Of a stretch of 64,000 nt of DNA, positions 1 to 16,296 are shown in pieces (positions within the stretch are counted from its first letter, which is position 1; every line of letters starts with the position of its first letter). Below the pieces are notes generated by a model that was not told the DNA's origin, made no database searches, and was given only the letters and a program-made list of their open reading frames with translations. A program made the translations under genes and the position numbers. This stretch comes from Macrostomum lignano (taxonomy: Eukaryota): NCBI GenBank assembly GCA_002269645.1, contig NIVC01002943.1:65345-129344 (forward strand), given 5' to 3'.

Positions 1-2410
1 TCTTACCAGTTATGCACTCATTTACTAAAAAACGAATCCTCCCGACCCCACATTTTCAAGCAAATTCGGCACAGTTTTGAAAATGTATGAAAATGTACAC
101 GATCTTTGACAGTCTGTATCTTTGTAATCGTATGTCCTAAACATGTTAACTATATGTCGTTTAAAAGATCTGTTTGCCTTCTTTTCAATGAATATAAGAA
201 CATTGTCATATCTTAAATATTTAAAAAGTTATAGCCATTTAAAGAAGACCACTTTTTTACTGTTTTTCGGTTTTGCACACGCTAAAAATAGGCTCACTGG
301 ACACCCTACTAAATATAAGCCTTATCTTACTTAACCCTATATTTAAAATAGGGCTATAATTTTCCCTATATAGGTTTAATAGTGAGTGACATTATAATTA
401 GCCAAATTATAGAATATAGATAAGATATATTTCACAAAATATAGACTTTTACAATTTTAATAACATTAAACATTGGCTTTGTGAATGCTATATAAATGAT
501 TAGACCCTATGGGTAGGCCTATACTAAAAAGAAATCTTAGTTCTCACTGCAAAAATACAATAAAAAGCCTTTTTTATTGAGTTTTTATTTTTAGGTATCT
601 AAGTTTTCATTTTTAGTATATCTGATGTATTTATATTTCGAAGATCTCAGAGATTTAGTATATTGTGATTAAGTCACTAGATTTAAGAATATTTTATTAC
701 CTGTATCTCCAATAATAATGTACTTAAACAAGTAAGCGTAAGACATTATTACTTTAGAATATAAAATTGAGATGCGATTTGTTAATTGAAAACACAATCG
801 ATTAACACAAACTAACACAAGGCAAACTTAGTATAGTAACTTATACTTTTAATTGCGGGGAATAAACGTCAGGTGATAAACACACATATTTAATTTTTTT
901 CTTTCTTGGTACTTAGACGTATAAATTAAAAAAACACTGTAATTAGTTAAAAATCGGTTTTCTAAATATTTTTATGACGTTGGCAACAAACGTTTCAAAT
1001 TAAAGTCAATCTTTGTTTTAACTGATGAGCTTTTTGCGGAGTGCTTATAGAATTAAGTATATACTCCTGTAGCCATGCAGTTTTCTGATATCATGCCATT
1101 CTCGAATTAATCAGCAATGATATCAACATTACGATATTATACTATTTAAGCACCATTTTACGAAAATTAAAGGCTTTTTACGTTAAATGCATTAATATTT
1201 TATGCATGACATTTTAATCAGTCATCCGTAATTTCCATGTGGATGTACGTAAATTGTATGTATACTATTGTATATATCGTATGCATGCTTCCTACATATA
1301 GAGTATCTGAGACTAATTTAATTACATACAGTATTGTATGGATCGTCTAAGTACATAGTAATACACAGAACATGTGGAACCAGAATAATTGATTTGTGGC
1401 AAAAATTAGGCGAAATATGTTTTTTTATATACAAGTGCATCTATACAGTTGTATTGGATAATGCACAAATGCTTTTGGTATACATTATGCGCACATTATA
1501 TATCGCCATGTACATACCATATCTGCTTGTTAAATATTGTTTGGTGCTTTAGTACTGCCTAATTCGTGGTCTTTTTATTGTTGCGCATGCGTGTATTATT
1601 GATACACAGTAAATTTACATGCAAAGTATTGATTGATTTATGTATTTACAGTATTTTCAATACGAAAAAGATGTATACGAATGAATTAAGTTATATACTT
1701 TCATGTAATGGGTGGTATATCAGAAGAATCATTATTTCATTAAAAAGCTGTAAACTTAATGATATAACTCATTAACCAGCATTGCGTTTGCATTGTGCCG
1801 CGCCATTATTGCACTTCAACAAGGAAATGCAGCAAGATACAGTATATGTGAGGGCAAACAATTAAAAAGCCTATTAAATTCGGTCATGCCAGCCCAGACG
1901 AACTTTTCTAGAAATCACACCACTCAGAATAAAGCCGGCGTTAATTGAGCTGCAGGTGGTGGATCGTTAGCGGGGCCCGAGGAAGAGTCGTATAAGTCTC
2001 AGCGAAACACCGTCAAAGGCGGAGGCTCGGGACCGGCTGATAAGCCAAGCCGACGGGACAGCCCTGTGATCTCTCAGGTGTTGTAAATGACCATAAAATT
2101 ATTTTTAATGAGCAACAGAATTATTAAACTCGCAGGCAGAGCAGACCTGCGCAGTTTTATGATCGCCAATTCAACCTTGAGCTGTCGGTATTTAATAAAA
2201 GCATTCACTTCTTTCCCGAAGGGCCAGAAAAATGCAGATAAAATTATACTTCAATTGCCATAAAACATAAACAATCAGGGCAGACGGAAACAACAACCCT
2301 GTGCACCTTCGGAGTTCATAAAAGCTGAAACGATAAGTGGAGATTAGCAGTTTTTATTGATATTTGGAAGCACCTACGCCGATGCAGTGCGTATGCACCA
2401 ATGCTCAGCC

Positions 2411-4925
2411 CCCTGACACTCGATTCGGACCCGGCCCTGACACTCGATTAGGAGCCCTGACACTCGATTCGGACCCGGCCCTGACACTCGATTAGGAGCC
2501 CTGACACTCGATTCGGACCCGGCCCTGACACTCGATTAGGAGCCCTGACACTCGATTCGGACCCCTGACACTCGATTAGGACACTCCTGACACTCGATTA
2601 GGACACTCCTGACACTCGATTCGGAGACCTGACACTCGATTCAGACACTCTTGACACTCGATTCGAATCCCTGACACTCGATTTGGAGCCATGAGACTCG
2701 ATTTGGAGCCCTGACACTCGATTCGGAGCCCTGACACTCGATTTGGACCATTGACACTCGATTAGGACACTCTTGACACTCGATTCTGACCCCTGACACT
2801 CGATTCGGAGCCCTGACACTCGATTCGGACCCCTGACACTCGATTAGGACACTCCTGACACTCGATTAGGACACTCCTGACACTCGATTAGGACACTCCT
2901 GACACTCGATTCGGAGACCTGACACTCAATTCAGACACTCTTGACACTCGATTCGGACCCCTGACACTCGATTCGGACACTCCTGACACTCGATTTTGAG
3001 CCCTGACACTCGATTCGGAGCCTTGACACTCGATTCGGAGCCCTGACACTCGATTTGGACCATTGACACTCGATTAGGACACTCCTGACACTCGATTAGG
3101 ACACTCCTGACACTCGATTCGGAGACCTGACACTCGATTCAGACACTCTTGACACTCGATTCGGATCCCTGACACTCGATTTGGAGCCCTGAGACTCGAT
3201 TTGGAGCCCTGACACTCGATTCGGAGCCCTGACACTCGATTTGGACCATTGACACTCGATTAGGACACTCTTGACACTCGATTCGGACCCCTGACACTCG
3301 ATTCGGAGCCCTGACACTCGATTCGGACCCCTGACACTCGATTAGGACACTCCTGACACTCGATTAGGACACTCCTGACACTCGATTAGGACACTCCTGA
3401 CACTCGATTAGGACACTCCTGACACTCGATTCGGAGACCTGACACTCAATTCAGACACTCTTGACACTCGATTCGGACCATTGACACTCGATTCGGATCC
3501 CTGACACTCGATTTGGAGCCCTGAGACTCGATTTGGAGCCCTGACACTCGATTCGGACCCCTGACACTCGATTCGGAGCCCTGACACTCGATTCGGACCC
3601 CTGACACTCGATTAGGACACTCCTGACACTCGATTCGGAGCCCTGACACTCGATTCGGAGCCCTGACACTCGATTCGGAGCCCTGACACTCGATTCGGAC
3701 CCCTGACACTCGATTCGGACCATTGACACTCGATTTGGACCCCTGACACTCGATTTGGACCATTGACATTCGATTAGGACAGTCCTGACACTCGATTCGG
3801 ACCCCTGACACTCGATTCGGACACTCCTGACACTCGATTTTGAGCCCTGACACTCGATTCGGAGCCTTGACACTCGATTCGGAGCCCTGACACTCGATTT
3901 GGACCATTGACACTCGATTAGGACACTCCTGACACTCGATTAGGACACTCCTGACACTCGATTCGGAGACCTGACACTCGATTCAGACACTCTTGACACT
4001 CGATTCGGATCCCTGACACTCGATTTGGAGCCCTGAGACTCGATTTGGAGCCCTGACACTCGATTCGGAGCCCTGACACTCGATTTGGACCATTGACACT
4101 CGATTAGGACACTCTTGACACTCGATTCGGACCCCTGACACTCGATTTGGAGCCCTGAGACTCGATTTGGAGCCCTGACACTCGATTCGGACCCCTGACA
4201 CTCGATTCGGAGCCCTGACACTCGATTCGGACCCCTGACACTCGATTAGGACACTCCTGACACTCGATTCGGAGCCCTGACACTCGATTCGGACACTCTT
4301 GACACTCGATTCGGACCATTGACACTCGATTTGGACCCCTGACACTCGATTCGGACCCCTGGCACTCGATTCGGACACTCCTGACACTCGATTTTGAGCC
4401 CTGACACTCGATTCGGACACTCTTGACACTCGATTCGGACCATTGACACTCGATTTGGACCCCTGACACTCGATTCGGACCCCTGACACTCGATTCGGAC
4501 ACTCCTGACGCTCGATTTTGAGCCCTGACACTCGATTCGGAGCCTTGACACTCGATTCGGACCCCTGACACTCGATTCGGACCCCTGACACTCGATTCGG
4601 ACCCCTGACACTCGATTCGGACACTCCTGACACTCGATTTTGAGCCCTGACACTCGATTCGGACACTCTTAACACTCGATTCGGACCCCTGACACTCGAT
4701 TCGGACCCCTGACACTCGATTCGGACCCCTGACACTCGATTTGGAGCCCTGACACTCGATTTGGACCATTGACACTCGATTAGGACACTCTTGACACTCG
4801 ATTCGGACCCCTGACACTCGATTCGGACCCCTGACACTCGATACGGAGCCCTGACACTCGATACGGAGCCCTGACACTCGATACTAGATTCGGAGACCCG
4901 AAACTCGATTAAGAGCCCTGACACC
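2411..4925. repeat. Minisatellite array of 20-22 bp variant units around a near-invariant core TGACACTCGATT, with higher-order blocks
   Basis: Core recurs throughout, joined by a small set of linkers (e.g. cggacccc, cggagccc, aggacactcc, tggaccat). The rare variant tcggagacct recurs at 2621, 2911, 3119, 3431 and 3963 (2621 to 3119 = 498 bp). Confidence 0.97.
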
Positions 4926-5447
4926 CTCCGCTTTATTTGACTCCCCGACACCCAATTTGACTCCCTTGACACCTAGTTTAACTCCCTAACCTGAAACTCC
5001 TCCCTCTAAAGCATTAATAGCTACCCTCCAAATACCCTAACTAGAACCCCGTACAGAATCATCTCAGCAGTTGCCAGCAGGATTGCTCAATTGGAGAAAG
5101 CGATATTCGAGGATACACCCTCAAGTGTTGAGAGTTCAGCTGCACCTCAGGCTCAGCCTCAGGTTGCACTGACCAGCTCAGGCAGCCGCGGGGCGGTCAC
5201 ATTCCAGCGTATCTTATCAACCTTCAAGCGAAACCAGCAAGGCTCGGAGGTGCAGACAGGGGAAACGTATAAACTTGATCTACAGATAAGTTTAGACTAT
5301 CGAAAAAACACTGCACCTACTACACTATAAAATGGCTGACTGCCTATTGAGTTTTCGCTAGCAGACAAACGTAGTTTCTTAGCATAATTGATTTCTGTTT
5401 GAATTTTTACGCTGCAATCAGGCTATCCGATTTTCGAGTTGTAACCA

Positions 5448-6448
5448 ATGGCAACCAGCTGTTTCTTCGGTTCTTGCAACTGTTGGCAGTGCCGCCGGTG
5501 CTATGGCAGCAATGGGGTTGTCGGCAACACGGGCGGCTGGGCTCCCAGCGGCTGCCAGACGGCGCCTCCGCCGATGTCCCTGTGGCCGCCGCCGCCGCCA
5601 CCCCAGCCGCCCGCGCTGGCGCCGCCGAATCCTCAGCCCCGAAGGCGAAAGAGAAACCACGTGCCCCGGCCGATGAACCCTTTCATGGTGTGGGCCAAGG
5701 TTGAGCGCAAGCGGATGTCCAGGGCGCACCCGGATGTGCACAATGTGCAGTTGAGCCGGCTGCTCGGTGAGCTTACAATTACATCCACCCGTGTGAAGAG
5801 GGCCAGTCCCGAAGCCTCCGAGAGTGTACATGCCTGATGATGATGATGAGAAAGTCTGGGTCGCTGTACACCCCGTGTGAGCGTGTGCCTGCGCACGTAT
5901 CCGTGTGTGCGCTCTGAAGTCAGCGAAATGAGCATGACTGCTTGAGTTCCACTTTCAAGTAAACTAGCTAACTAACTGGACTCTGTCCGTCTTCAGGTGA
6001 CAGATGGAGGTCGATGCCCTACCAGGAGAAGCTGCCCTACATCCTGGAGGCCGACCGGCTCAAGCAGCAGCACCTGCTGGACCATCCGGGCTACAAGTAC
6101 CAGCCGAGGCGGAGGCGGAAGCAGCAGCAGCAGCAGCAGCAGCAGCAGAGCCAGGAGCTCATGAGCTGCCTCCATCCAGATCCTCGATGCAGCTGCCCCA
6201 GTTGCTGCTTATCACATCCAAACTCGGACAATCCAGCGGAGAACAAACACCAGCTCCACCACCAGCTGCAGCACCAGCTTCAATACCAGTCTCAGTCCCA
6301 GCTGATGGCCATCAGTGACAGCGCCAGCACGAGCCGCAGCATCAGCAGCGTCAGCAGCGTCAGCAGCAGCAGCAGCGAATTCGACTGCTTCGATGCGCAG
6401 TCATTCGCTGAATTTCTGGGAGGCCTGGACGTTACGCAGCTCTTATAG
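5448..6448 (+). CDS. Sox-family HMG-box transcription factor (SoxF/SoxE-like), 2 exons (5448-5766, 5997-6448), 256 aa
   Basis: Spliced HMG box reads HVPRPMNPFMVWAKVERKRMSRAHPDVHNVQLSRLLG|DRWRSMPYQEKLPYILEADRLKQQHLLDHPGYKYQPRRRRK. Phase-1 GT(5767)-AG(5996) intron; Pro-rich N-terminus; poly-Q (CAG run) and Ser-rich C-terminus; stop TAG at 6446-6448. Confidence 0.93.
5798..5891 (+). other. Intronic hairpin element, copy A (family shared with OXA1L intron 3)
   Basis: Shares AGAGTGTACATGCCTGATGA (20 nt exact) and CGCTGTACACCCC with 17198-17245, and GTGTGAGCGTGTGC with the reverse complement of 16975-16988. GTGTACA/TGTACAC arms can pair. Confidence 0.8.
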
Positions 6449-7670
6449 AGTCGGATCTTTGAGCTTTTTGTTGAGAACTGATAAGAGAAAAGCTGACAGC
6501 CTCTTGCCAATTAACGCAGAGAAAATTGGAAAGTTTAAAGTTTGTAAAAGTTGGTCAGGTACAAGTGAGTTTAGCGAAGTGTCAATGAGTTGCATGTTGC
6601 ATGCACTGAATCCAGTCTCCGATGAAGCCTAGAAAGTGTCCGGCAGTCAGGCTCCGTTTTCGCATAGCAACAGTCAGCTAATTTTATCAGTGGACTGCAC
6701 TCAGCTACCCTAATCCTGTAGATCAGGTGACCCTGTTTACCCGTTAATAAGAAAGATTTTAAATGTACGTCTTCCTTGTTTTGAAATTTTTGAGCACCCC
6801 AAGCAGCTGTCAATCTGTTGAAACCTCTTATTAAAAGGACGTCATGAACTTTTTGTACAATTGATTCTTCATCAAGTTTCACTTCCGATTCGACAAATAA
6901 AATAAACTGATGGTAAAAACGCGAGTTTTGCAAGCGCGCCAAGTTAATTCCCTGCAATTAGCAGGGCTCATCCATCATTTAATTGCACAGGCATCAGGAA
7001 GGCCCAATTGCAATAAGAATTTGTGGCTTCACTAAATAAGAAAGCTTTGAGATCGGCCTGAGAACAGTGCCAAGACCAGCTCAACCCTCGATCCCCCAGG
7101 CCAATGCAAAGCTGCATGGTTTCTGTTATGCAAACAAAGGAGCCTCTCCGAAGCCCGCGAGCGGTGCCGCCCCACGAGCGGTCTCTGCTGCTAGACTGCT
7201 GCAATCTGGCTGAGGGCGGGGGTGGCGATCGGCCTTCCCAAGGTGCGAATTGCCTCTGGAGCATATCAGTCTATCAGCGAGGGGTCGCCTCCACCCCCTT
7301 TCCACTCGGACAGGTGCTCGGGTCAATTACCGATAGTAAATAAAACTATTTTAACGCGGTGTAAAAACATGCAGGTGCCCAGCCCGAGCCGAGAACTCTC
7401 AACATGAATCAAAAAAATCTCAAGGGGTCAATATGGGCCTAGCAAAATATTAAACTGTTATAAAATCCTCTGACTGACAGGTGCTGATAAAATCTGGAGC
7501 TCCAAAGTTAATTAAATTGATATTTAATGCGTGGCAGAGTTGCCAAAACCAGATTTGCTCACGTGGCTGACCACTTAGTTGACCTTTTATGTACCCCTGA
7601 ATGCACTGCAGTCAGAATGGAAATTGCCCGTGCATTACAATATTTAGAACCAGAATGGGATACTCAAGAA

Positions 7671-8588
7671 TGCTCAGAGCTGACATTTTCACTCATGCTC
7701 AAAGCTGACATTGTCCTACATGCTCAAAGCTGACATTGTCATACATTCTCAGAGCTGACATTGTCCTACATGCTCAAAGCTGACATTGTCCTACATGCTC
7801 AAAGCTGACATTGTCCTACATGCTCAAAGCTGACATTGTCCTACATGCTCAAAGCTGACATTGTCATACATTCTCAGAGCTGACATTGTCATACATGCTC
7901 AAAGCTGACATTGTCCTACATGCTCAAAGCTGACATTGTCATACATTCTCAGAGCTGACATTGTCATACATTCTCAAAGCTGACATTGTCATACATTCTC
8001 AAAGCTGACATTGTCCTACATGCTCAAAGCTGACATTGTCCTACATGCTCAAAGCTGACATTGTCCTACATGCTCAAAGCTGACATTGTCATACATTCTC
8101 AGAGCTGACATTGTCATACATTCTCAGAGCTGACATTGTCCTACATGCTCAAAGCTGACATTGTCCTACATGCTCAAAGCTGACATTGTCCTACATGCTC
8201 AAAGCTGACATTGTCATACATTCTCAGAGCTGACATTGTCATACATGCTCAAAGCTGACATTGTCCTACATGCTCAAAGCTGACATTGTCATGCATGCTC
8301 AAAGCTGACATTGTCATACATTCTCAGAGCTGACATTGTCATACATTCTCAGAGCTGACATTGTCATACATGCTCAAAGCTGACATTGTCCTACATGCTC
8401 AAAGCTGACATTGTCATACATTCTCAGAGCTGACATTGTCATACATGCTCAAAGCTAACATTGTCATACATTCTCAGAGCTGACATTGTCATGCATGCTC
8501 AAAGCTGACATTGTCCTACATGCTCAAAGCTGACATTGCCATACATGCTCAGAGCTGACATTGTCCTACATTCTCAGAGCTGACATTT
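7671..8588. repeat. 25-bp minisatellite (AGCTGACATTGTCCTACATGCTCAA and variant ...GTCATACATTCTCAG)
   Basis: Period 25 (GCTGACA at 7754, 7779, ...); two interspersed unit variants. Confidence 0.97.
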
Positions 8589-9203
8589 TCCCTAAAGCTT
8601 GCCGTTTTGCACAGCCAGTCAGCGGACTGCAGTTTCTGCTACGAGTAGAAAGTTAAAATGCAGCCAAAGTTGCACGGAGGAAGCCCCCATTGTCTCCCCG
8701 CTCTCCTCGCTCTTAAGCAAAAATTTACACAAGCGGCATTCAGCAGAGCTTAACAATCAGCTATTCTAAGGATAAAAATCCTCAGAGCTCCGTGCAGTTT
8801 CCTCTCCAATTCAGAAGCCATTGCAACTTCCGTAGCCAGGCTGCTGCTGCTGCTGCTGCCTTCTCGCAACAAATTTCTTTGAGTTTCTTCAACGGGCCTC
8901 CTGAGTGCAGTGTTCAGTCCGCCGCAGTGTACCCGCGGCTTCATTCACCTGCTCCATTTCTCCCCTCCGCTGGGCGCCCCCGCCCGCACTCCCATTGTGT
9001 CAGTCAATCAATCAATCCTGACCCCACTGCAGAAAGTGGCGGAGGGGGGCAGCGTCGCCACCGCTGCCCAGAATCTGGCCAGGGCTTGAAGCGGTGGCTG
9101 TACTTAACCTCCGCCACTTTCACTCATTAGCGGCTGAGCATAGCACTTTTCCCTACTCATAACAGCCTTACTGGGAACTTCGTAGCGCAACGCACGCGGG
9201 AGA

Positions 9204-11156
<1,953 letters not shown>

Positions 11157-11384
11157 GCATCGGGACGTTGCCTGGAGCAACTGAAGGATGCAGTTTATGA
11201 ACAGACCCAGGATTCTCAAGTAGAGCTGCTCATTAATATATGTATGTAGCAATACAAAATACTTTCAATAAAACAGATTGAAATCAATGTATGCATATAC
11301 AGTTATCAATGTATGGTCTGCACATGTGCAAACCTCCATTCTCATGTAACCGCGCTGAAGTAACTGAAGGAAGTCACATCCCAG

Positions 11385-11700
11385 GCTTCTGTTCACAATC
11401 ACAGCCTGAAGGTACTCACACCTCAGGCTTCCGTTCACAATCACAACCTGAAGGTTACCCTCACCACGGGCTTCTGTTCACAATCACAACCTGAAGGTTA
11501 CCCTCACCACGGGCTTCTGTTCACAATCACAACCTGAAGGTTACCCTCACCACGGGCTTCTGTTCACAATCACAACCTGAAGGTTACCCTCACCACGGGC
11601 TTCTGTTCACAATCACAACCTGAAGGTTACCCTCACCACGGGCTTCTGTTCAAAATCACAACCTGAAGGTTACTACTCTCATCACAGGCTTTCGTTCACA
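11385..11700. repeat. 43-bp minisatellite (CTGAAGGTTACCCTCACCACGGGCTTCTGTTCACAATCACAAC), ~6-7 copies
   Basis: TCACCAC at 11461 and 11504 gives period 43. Lies downstream of the EF-hand gene poly(A) signal. Confidence 0.95.
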
Positions 11701-12380
11701 ACATTTCCTGTTAAAAAAAGCAGTAACTCAAAGCGGCAGAGCAGACTGATATCGACGGTCACAGAGATTTTAGTTTCAGTTTCAACTTTGTTGTTGGGCT
11801 GTTATTCTTCGAAACTTCTTAAGAGAATCGACCGGTTCTAGCGAAGAGGGAACTCGGTTTATTTGTGTTACTAATAGTAGTATTGGGAGCTGATCAAACT
11901 ATGTATCAGAATGGAAAGGCCGCAGCCGCACAAAACCAGCGTGTTGTTGAAGCGGGCAGTGAAACACAAGAAAAATACAGGACTGTGAAGTACATAGGGA
12001 CTACCGAGGGAATTTCAAACTAAGATGATGAAGATTAGGAGACTGCGCCTAAGACTAACCTCAACAAAACAGGGTTAAATAACAATTGAGATAGCGTTCC
12101 TATTTGCTCAATAAGATATTGAAATTTTTTAGAAACTACAAACAGTGTAATTCTGAACTTACTCGCGAAGTGTCTACTTATTATTGTAAGTAGTCACTAT
12201 AGTAATTTTAATATTAATAATAAATAGTTTTAATATGCTACCAATGAAATTGAAGATAGATATTTATCCGTACAAACTAAAAAAGTCCCAGCAAAGGCCC
12301 AGCACAGCTCAGTCAGTCTGCACTCAGTCAGTCAGGTCTCAGTCAAGCCTCTCAAAGCCGGTCTCAACCGGACGTCTAAT

Positions 12381-15711
<3,331 letters not shown>

Positions 15712-15760
15712 TGTTGCGGCTTTGAGAGAATTGAAGCTAAAGAGCTGCGGGATGGCCGGC

Positions 15761-15809
15761 ATTGGGGTCACGTGACGCTTGCGCTCGAGTGCAGGTAAAC
15801 ATGGATTGG
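15761..15809 (-). promoter_or_regulatory. Candidate ATP5F1A proximal promoter: palindromic E-box GTCACGTGAC (15767-15776) between two CCAAT boxes
   Basis: Perfect 10-bp palindrome ~56 nt upstream of the ATG; ATTGG on + at 15761-15765 and 15805-15809 (CCAAT on the sense strand). Function is inferred from motif shape only. Confidence 0.4.
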
Positions 15810-16296
15810 CTGGGCCTTTTATCTGTCTACCTGATCGTGTGTACCTATGACAGTGCCTGTGTGTACCTATGACAGAGCTCTCATGTCTACTTTCAAAATG
15901 GCCTATATTTCGCCATACTTCTAGATCCTGTTGCTAGAAAAATGAACAAAGAAAAGAAGCATAAAAGTCAACAAACTTAGATCTGTGCAGCGCAATTCAA
16001 AATGTATTTCGCGACAACACGCGAGAGCAACACCTCAATGAATTAATAAATGACCTTCTCGCATAACAGGTGCTACAAAACTAGCTAACAGTTGCACAGC
16101 TTGCAAGAAGACAAAATTATGAAAGCTGAGTAAAAATGCGACTTTAGAACAGACAATCTTAGTGTTTTAAGCTAATTGAAACTGAATTTATGACAGCATA
16201 GAAGTCAGGCCTGACAGCTTCAGATGAGTACGAGACACGAAATATTGATTTAGGATTTGTGCCGTTTTTACTTATAAATTAACAGCTATTGTGGCC

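Noticed and set aside
1-1790. Short ORFs in the AT-rich left end and in other AT-rich blocks (30669-31151, 60674-60859)
   Set aside because: They are short, start at alternative codons or lack family motifs, as expected by chance in AT-rich non-coding DNA.
2411-4925. CRISPR-like array (constant core with variable spacers)
   Set aside because: The spacers are only 8-10 nt, drawn from a few recurring variants; there are no cas genes and the context is eukaryotic. It is a minisatellite.
1965-5330. Possible gene with exons near 1965-2087 and 5057-5330 (ISAVASRIAQLEKAIFED...) flanking the first array
   Set aside because: The candidate donor (phase 0) and acceptors (phase 1 or 2) do not match, and I recognise no protein family. 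It cannot be supported without transcripts.
5835-5918. Box C/D snoRNA in the Sox intron (TGATGA ... CTGA)
   Set aside because: No terminal stem or recognisable rRNA/snRNA guide was identified, and the downstream CTGA is not conserved in copies B and C.
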